Assembly (NCBI RefSeq): GCF_004010195.1
Contig: NC_057756.1
Coordinates: 3,040,776 to 3,080,610 of the forward strand
Length of the DNA: 39,835 bases
Direction: 5' to 3'
From: Chiloscyllium plagiosum
Lineage: Eukaryota
The position numbers were made by a program, and so were the translations under genes. Each line of letters starts with the position of its first letter. The stretch's first letter is position 1. The notes below the pieces were generated by a model. It worked only from the letters and a program-made list of their open reading frames with translations. It searched no databases and was not told the DNA's origin. This document shows, in pieces, positions 27,854 through 38,204 of this stretch.

Positions 27854-27889
27854 AAAATCAGAGGCTGAAAACAACAGTGGCAGAATTAG
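27854..27889 (+). CDS. 36-nt phase-1 exon, (Q/E)NQRLKTTVAEL
   Basis: ctctttccttttttccattttag|AAAATCAGAGGCTGAAAACAACAGTGGCAGAATTAG|gtgggt; very strong acceptor, heptad-like peptide. Confidence 0.75.
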
Positions 27890-28059
27890 GTGGGTGATAT
27901 GTTAAGAATATGTATTTTTTCAAAGTAACCAAGAATTATGGTGAATATTAAAAAATAAAATTTATTATGCTCGTTAAATGATCATTTTTTGAAATTATCT
28001 CAAAAGGATTGCAGCAAGTCATTAATAAAATGCTTTAATTACACTAAAGTGTTTCTTAC

Positions 28060-28071
28060 CTCCGTTGTTTT
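28060..28071 (-). other. Candidate 12-nt antisense microexon
   Basis: Minus strand: ttgactttgc(t)nacctctttccag|AAAACAACGGAG|gtaaga; branch-like TTGAC, strong tract and donor; lies upstream of the 25349 exon on the same strand. Confidence 0.35.
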
Positions 28072-28483
28072 CTGGAAAGAGGTAAAAAAAAGCAAAGTCA
28101 ATCTGAACTTCCCACGAAATAAATCAGGATTCATTCGTGACGACAAAAACGTGGAATGTACATGAATCAGCTAGCAATATTAGAGGGGGAAATCAATAAA
28201 GACAGGGTGCATGTAAAGCAAAGATTGAAAAATTATGAAAGTAAAATGAATAGGCAGAGGGCTGAAACGAATTTTACAGCATAATTTGCATGTTTCCAAA
28301 TATTATAAGATTGATTTATTGATTTACTTTATGCTTCCATGTCCATTTCACTCATCCAAACATCTTATTAGAGTACGAAGATGTAAATATTCAGCATGAA
28401 TGTTTCTAACGTGGATAAATATTTTACCGTGAATTTAAGCTAGCAGATACCATTAGCAAACAAACAAAAACAAAATGATGGAA

Positions 28484-28640
28484 CAAATTACTGCAGATTC
28501 TGGAATCTCTAATGAAAACTCCAAATGTTGGAGATCACAACGGCTGTTACGAAGAGTGATCTAGACTCGGACCAATAGCTTGCTTTCTCCACGGATGCTG
28601 TCTAACCCGCTATACCCTCCAGCGTTTGGTGTTTTCAAAA
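28484..28640. mobile_element. Short Penelope-derived element with inverted ends
   Basis: ctgcagattctggaatc..caaatgttggagatcacaacgg and ggatgctgtctaacccgctataccctccagcgtttgg are partly reverse-complementary and resemble 39752-39835. Confidence 0.5.
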
Positions 28641-28804
28641 ATCAAAGAACCTCTTCCAGACTTCGAAAGCTCGATTGCAAATTTGTGGATACTTATTACT
28701 TCTCCAGATTCTTCCACCAGCATTAAGAATTTGCTCAATATTAAGTACAGCAAACTGGCTCATTATTGTCATCATTTCAATGAGACCAGATCCTATCATT
28801 TCTT

Positions 28805-29030
28805 AAATGATGTGGAGGTGCCAGTGTTGGATTGCGGTGAACATGGTCAGAAGACACATGACAATAGGTTATCTATGAACAAGTTTATTTGAATCACTAG
28901 CTTTCTGAGTACTGCTGCTACATCAGGTGATGTCTAGTGAATTCACCTAACGAAGGATTAGCGTTACGAAACCTTGTAATTGCAAATAAAGTTATTGGAC
29001 TATAACCTGGCATCGTATGACTTTTGACCT
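28805..29030. mobile_element. Palindromic (hairpin) element made of two opposed Penelope termini
   Basis: 28845-28930 is approximately the reverse complement of 28943-29029, and both arms resemble 5706-5790. Confidence 0.75.
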
Positions 29031-29211
29031 TATCATTTTATAAAAACCGAGCAGACTTAGGCCATGCTGCCTGCTGCATACTCATTGGGCAGTATCCTCA
29101 GGAGAGAAAGCATTATTGTAAAATGTCATTATATTGATTAAAAAGATGTGTGGATGTTTGCATTGTCATTAATTTCCAATGTCGTCAAACAGTGGTTCAC
29201 TTTTCATTTAA

Positions 29212-29620
29212 CTGAGTCTTAGAGATGAACAACACAGTAACAACCCCTTCTGCCTAACTCGCCCATACCGACCAGACATCCCAAATAATTCTAATAGCAT
29301 TGGGAAGCATCTGGCGCATATCCCTCCAAATGCTTCCCATTCATATACCCATCAATGTGCCGTTAAAATGTCGGAATTATGACAGCGTTCATCACTTCTC
29401 TTCAGGCAATTCATTGCATACATGCAACATCATGCACATGAAAATGTATCCCCTCAGATCCCATTTAAAATCTTTTAACTCTCACCTTAAATCTACTATC
29501 TCTACTTTTTTTGGAAAACCCAAACCTGAGGAACATATCTTGACTTTTCAACCATTCATTGCCCCTCATGGTTTTGTAAATCTCTACAATGTCATCCCTC
29601 AGCCTCTGATGCTTCAGGCA
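29212..29620 (-). mobile_element. Decayed CR1-type LINE 3' fragment
   Basis: LKHQRLRDDIVEIYKTMRG..SRFKVRVKRF plus CR1-like 3' UTR. Confidence 0.8.
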
Positions 29621-29948
29621 AAACTGCTGAAGACAAAAATAAATTACAGACGCTGGCATCCGAGTCAGCCTCTCCCTACAACTAAAATCCTCCAAATCCA
29701 GAAATGCCTGTGTAAACAACGCGTGCATCATTTGAAGTTTATAAACATATTCCTGCTTAAAGTGAGATGAGAATTGAAAGCAATAGTACAAAAGGACGCA
29801 TAACTAATGTTGAAAATTAGAATTAAATAGTTGCATTATAGTAAAGGCAATCCTGGATTAGTCAAATTGGACTCGGATCTATAATTTGTTATTTTAAGAT
29901 TCTCAATGCTTCATTTCCAAAGTACATTTCTTGTCTCGCAATAAACAG

Positions 29949-29984
29949 ACATCAGATTAAATTGTTCTCTGATCTCCGCATTTG
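29949..29984 (+). CDS. Candidate 36-nt phase-1 exon, (D)IRLNCSLISAF
   Basis: catttcttgtctcgcaataaacag|ACATC...GCATTTG|gtaagg; open in phase 1, acceptor only moderate. Confidence 0.45.
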
Positions 29985-30512
29985 GTAAGGTACCAAAAAC
30001 GTCATGAAGATTAGAAATCAAGTTTAATATTTGTTTGTTAAAAATCGGAACCATTATTATTGATGATGCGATTGGCGCTTTAATTTCTTTGCCCTGCTTG
30101 CCTTTGTCAAGATTGTTCGCTCTCGTTAAACTCATTTAAATGTCAAACATTAGCGTCTGAATATGCATTATTGAACGTAAAATAATCCTTGAGCTCTGAC
30201 ACTCCCGAAACAAGCAAAAGAAACAACCAGAAAAAGTGATTTATGCCAAAGATAGGCATCCCATTCAGATAAAAACTACGCTATTTTCTGCTGATTTAAT
30301 AAATGGGAAAATGTCCTTTCTGTTCAGGGAATAGTTAGGCCATGTGATCTGTCATATTGAATGTTGATACAATTACCATATATATGCAATTGCGTGTGCT
30401 GCTGGTTAGAACATTTTTTCATTGATTTTTGTTGTATCAAAGAAGATTAGTGTGAATAAAATGTATACGGTAAAAATCTCTGGCCTCAAATTTTACATCA
30501 TGTCTATTTCAG

Positions 30513-30539
30513 AATGGAAGTTGGAACACAGTTCAAGAC
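30513..30539 (+). CDS. 27-nt phase-1 microexon, (E)WKLEHSSR
   Basis: catcatgtctatttcag|AATGGAAGTTGGAACACAGTTCAAGAC|gtaagt; the EWK start recalls the EWKKALFKP segment before B30.2 in human BTN3A1. Confidence 0.75.
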
Positions 30540-30757
30540 GTAAGTTGCAAATTAGCTAGTGACTTTTTTTTTACTGAATATTGACACGCCAATGATTAGC
30601 TGATATGTTAATCAATCATTTCTGCAAAGAAAAATATGAAAGGATTGGGCTTTCAACATACCCCAGCAGGGTATATAACAGAATACAATTATTAACAGTA
30701 AATATAAAGTAAAATCAGATGATAGAATAGTTGTAATGCTTTAACAATTCGAATGAA

Positions 30758-30877
30758 ACTGGTCAAGGGTTTAAACTGTGTTATTACTGCCAAATAGATT
30801 ATTTTTCATATATTTACTTGACGTTCAATAAAAGAAAAAAAATACATCAAAATGCATTTCTTCTCCATTTAAATCCT
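30758..30877 (+). repeat. Left arm of ~120-bp inverted repeat
   Basis: Reverse complement of 32013-32130, about 10 differences by manual alignment. Confidence 0.92.
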
Positions 30878-31189
30878 TATGTACTTTTTGCAAGTCTGAG
30901 CGAGGTAAACAAAACACTCGAATGTGAACCATACGTGTCTTACACAAATAAGAATATATGATCGAACAACAGGTACATTGTGTCAACAATGTGTGGTTTT
31001 TCTTCCCCTTGTCTCTGGTCACTAGTTTTAATTCAATAAATATTCATGCACAGCACAGCCAATAAAATAGAATATTGTAAGTGAACCGACAACAGGCTGT
31101 GCTTACACAGCAATCCGCGATTTGCTCCCAAACCTCACAAATGGCAAAGCTTTCTTTGCTGGAAATATTGGATTGTTTAAATCTACTTT

Positions 31190-31480
31190 CATGTCGAAAC
31201 TATGGACTTGAGCTTCCCAGAAATTAAATGACTTGAAACATGGGGAGTACCACCACATGCAATTTACCCTCCAAACCACCCTCCACCCTAACTTGGAAAT
31301 ATAACACCGTTCCTTCACATCCGTTGGGTCAAAGTACTGGAATTCACTCCCTGCTGCCATTTTGGGTCAACACACAAAAGCTGTACTGCATCAATTCATG
31401 AAGGCAACTCACCACCACATTCTCAAGGGAAAATGGGGAAGAGTTGTCAATGCTGGTCACTACATTATGGAACCTACACC
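31190..31480 (+). mobile_element. CR1/L2-group LINE 3' end fragment
   Basis: caccacatgcaatttaccctcc...cgttccttcacatccgttgggtcaaagtactggaattcactccc...aaggcaactcaccaccacattctcaaggg. Confidence 0.75.
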
Positions 31481-32012
31481 CAGCAATGTCTAACGTACAG
31501 AAATCAATAAATAAAAATGATAAGCTTATAGAATTTATTCAGCATGCACGGGTTAGAACAAAATGTACCATACAGAATGTTGTGAAAGAATCTCTAGATT
31601 CTTTGCAGCAATATTAATTTCGGTAGATTCAAGCCAATATTTAATTAATTGCAAACTGCTTCTGCTTGCTTTTCTTACTTGATATTGAATGCCTTCAGTC
31701 TAGGTTGATGCATAATGGCCAAAACAAAATATTATGGAAGAGTTTGCGTTTCAGTCATTTAGTTAAATGCGGATAATTCACGGTAACCTTCCTGTAAAAT
31801 TCTGTTTACAATCTTGTAGAAATACATGCCTGCAACGATGAATTTTATGGATTGCACAACTGGAGTCCGTCATACTTCAATCGCTTGCCAATGAAGCAAC
31901 TGTGAAATAATATAATTGCATTCAACGTAGTCTTGCAAATTGTGAATGTGAGGTTGATGGAATATAATCAGCCATTACAAGGAAATTTTGGGAAATATAT
32001 ATAGTGACCAGG

Positions 32013-32130
32013 AGGACTTAAATGGAGAAGAAATGCATTTTGACATATTTTTTCTTTTATTGAACGTCAAGTAAATACATGAAAATTAATCTATTTGGCA
32101 GTAATAACCCAGTTTAAACGATTGACCAGT
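32013..32130 (-). repeat. Right arm of ~120-bp inverted repeat
   Basis: Reverse complement of 30758-30877. Confidence 0.92.
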
Positions 32131-32953
32131 ATAGGATTTAGAACAATTGCTTCTCATAACATTTGATGTTCTTGAATGCCTATATCGTGATTTCATTAGT
32201 CTCTTAAATAATTTTTAAAATACATAATGTACTTACAGATGCCTGCATGTGTCTACTTCTCTAACAATACTGTGAGGCACTCAACAAAAGACCTTTGCCT
32301 TTTAATAAGTTTATAAAATCAATGAAAGATGTGGAAAAATCCAGGAAATACATTCTAACAATTTAGATAATAATATGTAATGCATAAGACACTTCAAGGT
32401 CACGTTCCAGCAAATCAGCACACTTTGCCGATCAGTTGGTATAATTGTACTGACCAAAGGTCATAAGAATCTGAGATGATCAACAAACCTATGGTAAACA
32501 TAGAAGTAGAATATTATTCACATGGTACTTGGCAGATGGCATGAAGATGGTTTTAATTGATAAGGGCCAAAGAAACAGTAAAATATATGATCTATTGAGG
32601 ATTGCGAATGAATGTATCATTAATTCTGTCCTCACCAGAAGCTTAACTAATGATTTTAACTGCAAAATTAATTTAAAAAGCTCGCTGTTATTGCTCGATA
32701 TTTGGATGATAATGTTACATTTTCCTTTCTCAGCTATCAAGTTTCTTGAAAAATCTTATCAAAATTTCGTTCCACAATTGCTAATGTTCATTGACGCATT
32801 ATTGAAACAACACATTATATCAGTATATTGTGATATGCGAATAGGTGTTCCATGATGCAGCTGTGATGACTTGATTATAGCTTGTTTCGTGTCATTTTTA
32901 CAGCTGTTCAGGTTAACGGAAATTAAATGTGCTACATACTTAATTACCTTCAG

Positions 32954-32980
32954 GTGGGGATTTTCGGAATATAATACCAG
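32954..32980 (+). CDS. 27-nt phase-1 microexon, (R/G)GDFRNIIP
   Basis: acttaattaccttcag|GTGGGGATTTTCGGAATATAATACCAG|gtaaga; phase 0 contains TAA, phase 1 is open. Confidence 0.7.
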
Positions 32981-33240
32981 GTAAGACGTGAAATGTTGAG
33001 GTTATTAAAAAGTGAATCGATTTGTAAAAATACAGACGTGGAATGTCACAACAGTAGTGCACGGACGAAGAGCAAAATATGTAACTTTAATATCAATGAC
33101 AAAACAAAAAAAAGTTAGCTGAGTCACCGTTAATTTACTTGATAATATTATCTAAGGTTACAAAAGATTATTCTAAAAATATTTTTACTTGAAGATTTCA
33201 TTTTTTAAGGGATGTAAACTAAACACAAGCATGATTTAGA

Positions 33241-34114
33241 GATGCCAGCTTTGGACTGGGGTGTACAAAGTTAAAAAATCACACAACACCAGAGTATGGT
33301 TCAAAAGTTTTAATTGGAAGCAGTAGCTTTCTGAGCGCTACTCCTTCGTCAGGTGGTTCTGGAGAACACAATTGTAAGACACAACATTTATAGTAAAAGT
33401 TTACAGTGTGGTGTAACTGAAATTATACATTAAAAATACATTTTTTTTTGTTACGTCTCTCATCTGTTAGAATGACTATGTTAGTTTCATTTCTGTCATA
33501 TGTCAATTCAAAATATTTCTGGGAAATGTTACATTCTCAGGTTAACTTTAACAACTGGTGTCAGCCCAGATAATGTGTTGAATGTGTTCGCCCCCTGTGC
33601 TGTTGTCCGTGCCATAATGTTTAGACTGATTCTAATCTAAAAAAAAGATTTAACAGTGTTACGTGGAGTCATGCAGTTTTTGAGTAAAGTACAATGTAAC
33701 TCTGCAAGGAGAAATGTGTATGCGTGCGCACGTGCATGTGTCTATCTGGGTTAGGAGTGGTGAGTGTCTGTGAGAGAAAGTGTATGTGTGTGTCTGAATG
33801 AGTGTAAAGGAGTCTAAGACTGTGACAGGCTGCATGTGGGTGTGTGCCTGTAGGAGTTTGTGTGTGTGTCTGGGATGGTGGGTTGTGAGTGCCTATGAGA
33901 GAGAGTGTATATGGGTGTGTGCGAATCTGTGAGAGGGTACTTGTGTGAGTGGGAATTTGTGTGACTGCACTAGTCCGTGTGAGTGTCAGTGTGTGCATCT
34001 GTGCATAGGAGTGACTGTGTGTTAGTGTATGTGCGTGTCTTTGTGTGTGTGTTGTGCAATGGTGGTCACTTGTAATGTGACATGAACCCGAGGTCCCATT
34101 GAGGCGCTCCCTCG
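33241..34114 (-). mobile_element. Penelope-like element 3' portion (left arm of inverted pair)
   Basis: Reverse complement reads ..cctcaatgggacctcgggttcatgtcacattac, CA-rich tract, then CACCTGACGAAGGAGTAGCGCTCAGAAAGCTA and the terminal repeat. Confidence 0.8.
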
Positions 34115-35030
34115 AGTTCAGTACTAAGAGGGGTGGTCTCAATGGGGACCTTGGGCTCATGTCACACTACAGATGACCACCATTACACTATGCACACACA
34201 GAGACATTTCTACACACACACACGCTCTCTCTCCAACACACACACTCACATTCACACTCACACAGGCACTCCTGTACACAGACATTGGCACACACTCCTA
34301 CAAGCACACACACTCCCAAATTCACACATGCAACCTTTCACAGATTTATACCTGTTTACACACACACATATATACATTCTCTCACAGACCTTCACAACCC
34401 CCCTTCCCAAACACACACTCACTCTTACAGACACACACACACACACTTACACATGTACCCTCTCACAGTCTCAGACCACTTTACTATCACACATACACTC
34501 TCACGGACTCTCACAACACCCCCACCCCACACACGCACACAAACACACACACAAACTCATATACACACACACATTTGTACTTGCAGAGGTACATTGTACG
34601 TTGCCCAAAAACTGCATGAATCCATGTTAGACTCGTTAACACATTATTTTAAGATTAGAATCAGTCTAAACATTATGGTGCAAACAACAGCACACGGGAG
34701 TGAACACCTTCAACACATCATATTGACTGACACCACATGTTACAGTTAACCTGAGAATGTAACTTTTAAAAGAAAGCTGTTGTGATTTACAGATGAAAGA
34801 AGTGAAACTAACATGGTTATCTAAAAAATGGGAGACTTAATAAACAATCAAGCTATTTTTCAATGTATAATTTCAATTACAGTACACTGTAAACTTTTGC
34901 TATTAATGCTGTGTCTTACAAATGAGTACTCCAGAGCCACCTTATGAAGTAGCAGCACTCCGAAGTATCGGGCTACCAGTTGAACCAGCTGGAATACAAC
35001 CTGGTATTTTGTGATTTTTAACTTTAAACA
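34115..35030 (+). mobile_element. Penelope-like element 3' portion (right arm of inverted pair)
   Basis: gagttcagtac..gtctcaatggggaccttgggctcatgtcacactacag, CA-rich tract, ...acaacctggtattttgtgatttttaacttt. Confidence 0.8.
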
Positions 35031-36201
35031 CAGGCAAGAAGAGATGGGAAACAAATTGATCAGTTAACCTTTTAACTGACTGTTGCAAGATGTTGTCGAT
35101 GCTGTCCTCCTTTGCCATTTTATTTCTGCAAACCGATAATTGCCAATTGAATTATTTTAAATTGAAGCCTATATGGTACACTGAATGTTTTGCTATTAAG
35201 TAAACAACATGAAAGAGATGTTGCTATTAATTGACACTTTAATTTATGAAAACCTGAATGGTGAAAAATCAATAGAGTGATAAGGAAACCCATATTGTAT
35301 AGTTAGACACAAGTACCAATTAAAGTTTCACCGATATAAGAAAAACATGCGTAGCTAAATGGAAAATCAAATGGGGTACAGCAGTGGACATCAAACAAGT
35401 GGAATGACTGACGACATGAAGAGACGGAAAAGGATCAGTAAAGAAAACAAATCAGATCAACCAAGAATTATAGACAAAATGATCATCGAATGGAAAAGAA
35501 TAAGTGAATAAACTATTGAAGTGAATGAAGGTCAGATCATGTGAGCATTTCAGGCCAATATTTCAAAAGTCATTTTGAAAAGAAACAAGATTTCTATAAA
35601 CCATATGGAAAAAGTAACCATCTTTGATTAACGATTAAGCTGATGTGTCGAAGGCCACTTAGAATGTAAATCTATTTTATGCAACAAATATTTTCCTGAC
35701 AAACAGTAAAAACGGCTTCTTTCCTATCACTCTGCGTGGTTGAAAATCATCTCCAGAACTTCAACACAAAATTAAAAAAGGAAAACGCACTTTTTTCTTC
35801 AGTATTCAAGTTCTCAGCTACGTCAACACTGTTGTTCATCAGTTGTTGCAACCAGGCCTATTTGAAGCATATAAGAAAATGGTTTGTGACCTATAACAAG
35901 CGAGACATGAACAACATTTATGAAACGTTTCAAGCTGTTTCTGATAATATCAATGTGTGAACATGAAAAAAAAAACTCAGGTCAAACAAAGCATAGGCTT
36001 CAGCTGCCTGAACACGGAAATATGGGTTGTTCATAAATGCTGTTAAGATCTGAAAATTGCAAAACCAAGTGTAGATAGTTGTGCACAATTTCACAATACT
36101 TTGCACAAGCTGATGTATGAATTTACTGTCAAGTTACAAGTGACCATTTGAGTGTAATTCTAACACAGCTTAAGGAGTTTGTTGTTTGCCAATTTGCTTA
36201 G

Positions 36202-36228
36202 ATGCTGATCAAATTTATCAAGAGGAAG
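36202..36228 (+). CDS. 27-nt phase-1 microexon, (D)ADQIYQEE
   Basis: ttgttgtttgccaatttgcttag|ATGCTGATCAAATTTATCAAGAGGAAG|gtaagc. Confidence 0.7.
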
Positions 36229-36879
36229 GTAAGCAAATTATGTTTTGCAGATTATTTCGACTGTTGCACCATACATTATTGAATTGAAAAGTACTTGAAA
36301 TAAGATAAATCAATTGTTTGTATTTTGTTTGGAAGGCTGCAGAAAACACAATAGATTCAACAATGCAGATATGCAAATTTCAGCTCATATGGATAAGAAT
36401 ACGCGTTGTGATAGTCAGCTGCTCCTGTTGTTAATACAATAAATGCACTCTTATTTCCAGTTGTGCACACAAAAACATTACACCTGTTAAACAGTCACAA
36501 ATAATCACTAGGCATTCATCGGGCGTTGTGGACTATGAACAGAAGCAAACTATACTCCAGAACATTCTGTAACTTCATAAATTGGAACGTTCCCAAACCA
36601 AGAATTACCACCAAATCAGGAGATGAACCCTCGTTCAATGAAAACTGCAAGAGGGCATGTTATGAATAGTACGAGACATAACTGATGAGTTGTTAATCTT
36701 GTGAATTCATCAAGCAGATTAAATGACATGCCAAAGAGCACACAACAAGTGATAAACGAGCAATGTGATCTCGTAACAAATGGATCTCATTTAAGCTCTT
36801 CGGTCCTGCAACAGCTGCTCCCAAATTTTGGTGGATCATGAAATAGTTAACTCGAGGACGAGACTCACCAAATAGCCCC

Positions 36880-37675
36880 GTGCTCAATGGTGGAAGAGCC
36901 CAGCACATCAGTGCAAAAAATTAAGGCAATTTTCCACTAAAAGAAAATGATACACATCGGCCTCCTTCAGTGGTCCCTCATATTAAAAATACCAGTCTTC
37001 AAACAAATCAATTCAGTATACGTTATATCAAGAAGTGGTTCGAAACACTGGATACTGCACACCTACGAGATCTGACAATATTCTTGAGAAAATACTGAAG
37101 ATTTGTGCTCCAACACGTGTTATTTAATAGTCAAGCTGTTGTCGCACATTTACAACATTGGCATGTACCCATTAATGTGGAAAATGGCACTGGCATATCC
37201 TATATATAAAAAAAAGGCAGGAAAAAATCCAACACGACTACTTACTGCTCCAGCGGTCTAATGTGGACCATAAATAAAATGACAGATGCTGCTATCATAG
37301 CGCTACCAAAAGGCACATGCATCTCTATAAACTGCTCAGTTTTACCCAGTTTGCTTTCCAACAGTGCAACTCAACCTTTGACTGTATTACAACATGGACA
37401 ATAATAACTGAATTGCAGAGGTGAATTGAGAATGTCCTCCGTTGACAGCGAGGCTGCATTCAGCTCTGTGTGACAATAAGGAACCCGACAAAACTGGAAT
37501 CAATAACTGTTGGATGTTAATTCGAAAGTGCTTACGGTCAAATACGAATACAATCATGGCTGTTCGAAGCCACCCGTCTGAGCCTTCAGGATATTGGTGC
37601 ATGAATACCTTAGCACAATGTCCTTGTCCAAAAGGTTTTCAGCTGCTTTGTCAATGACGTAGCGTCCATCATCAT
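36880..37675 (+). mobile_element. Decayed CR1/L2-group LINE RT region
   Basis: Remnants such as YNIGMYPLMWKMA..KKAGKNP, QFAFQQC, TWTIITELQR and RFSAALSMT (cf. PTIFSCFINDL). Confidence 0.7.
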
Positions 37676-37689
37676 AAATATCTGTTAAT

Positions 37690-38190
37690 ATTTTACAGTT
37701 TAATTTTCCTCTAACTGTGTGATCAGAGCTGGATATTATATTCCAGAAGAGGTCTCACGAATATCCTCTATGATCACCATACTGGCTTCTGACTCCAGTA
37801 TCCAAAGGATTGCGCAAAGGCAGAAAGCCTGCAAAACGCCCTAATTTAACATCCTGTTCAAATGAAGCTCAAACTTCAAAGAATTATGTAAGTGAACCCT
37901 TGGATCCCTCTGTTCCGCATCGTGAGAAAAACCCTACCATTAATTGCACCAAACCTATTGTTATTTGTTGTGCCAGGATGCAATGCCTGACATTTATCCA
38001 ACTTGAACTCCATTTCCCATTTTCAGCCTGACAAAAGAGACCAGGACCTCTTCATCCTCTCAGAAGACTTTTCTTCATTATCAAAAACGCCACAAATTTC
38101 GTTGTCATCTGCAAATCACGAAGAATGCCTTCTACCTTGTCATCCAATTCATTTATGTAAATGACCAACTAAAATTACACACAAAAGGTC
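37690..38190 (-). mobile_element. Highly decayed CR1-type LINE fragment
   Basis: tttcgttgtcatctgcaaat (reverse complement FADD) and cagagctggatattattccagaagaggtctcac resemble 21490-21930. Confidence 0.6.
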
Positions 38191-38204
38191 ACTGTGGAAA
38201 ATGG

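Noticed and set aside
30443..30469. Another 27-nt AG..GT unit
   Set aside because: Two stops in phase 1, weaker splice sites, and only 43 nt from the next exon.
32734..32844. 111-nt open phase-1 candidate exon (AIKFLEKSYQ...)
   Set aside because: Good acceptor but weak donor (gtgttc) and no recognisable protein similarity.
33669..34749. His/Thr-rich ORFs of 148-165 aa
   Set aside because: Artefacts of CA/GT-rich low-complexity tracts in the Penelope arms.
35802..35960. Possible terminal exon ending ..NNIYETFQAVSDNINV*
   Set aside because: Only an acceptor supports it, and a well-supported microexon lies downstream.
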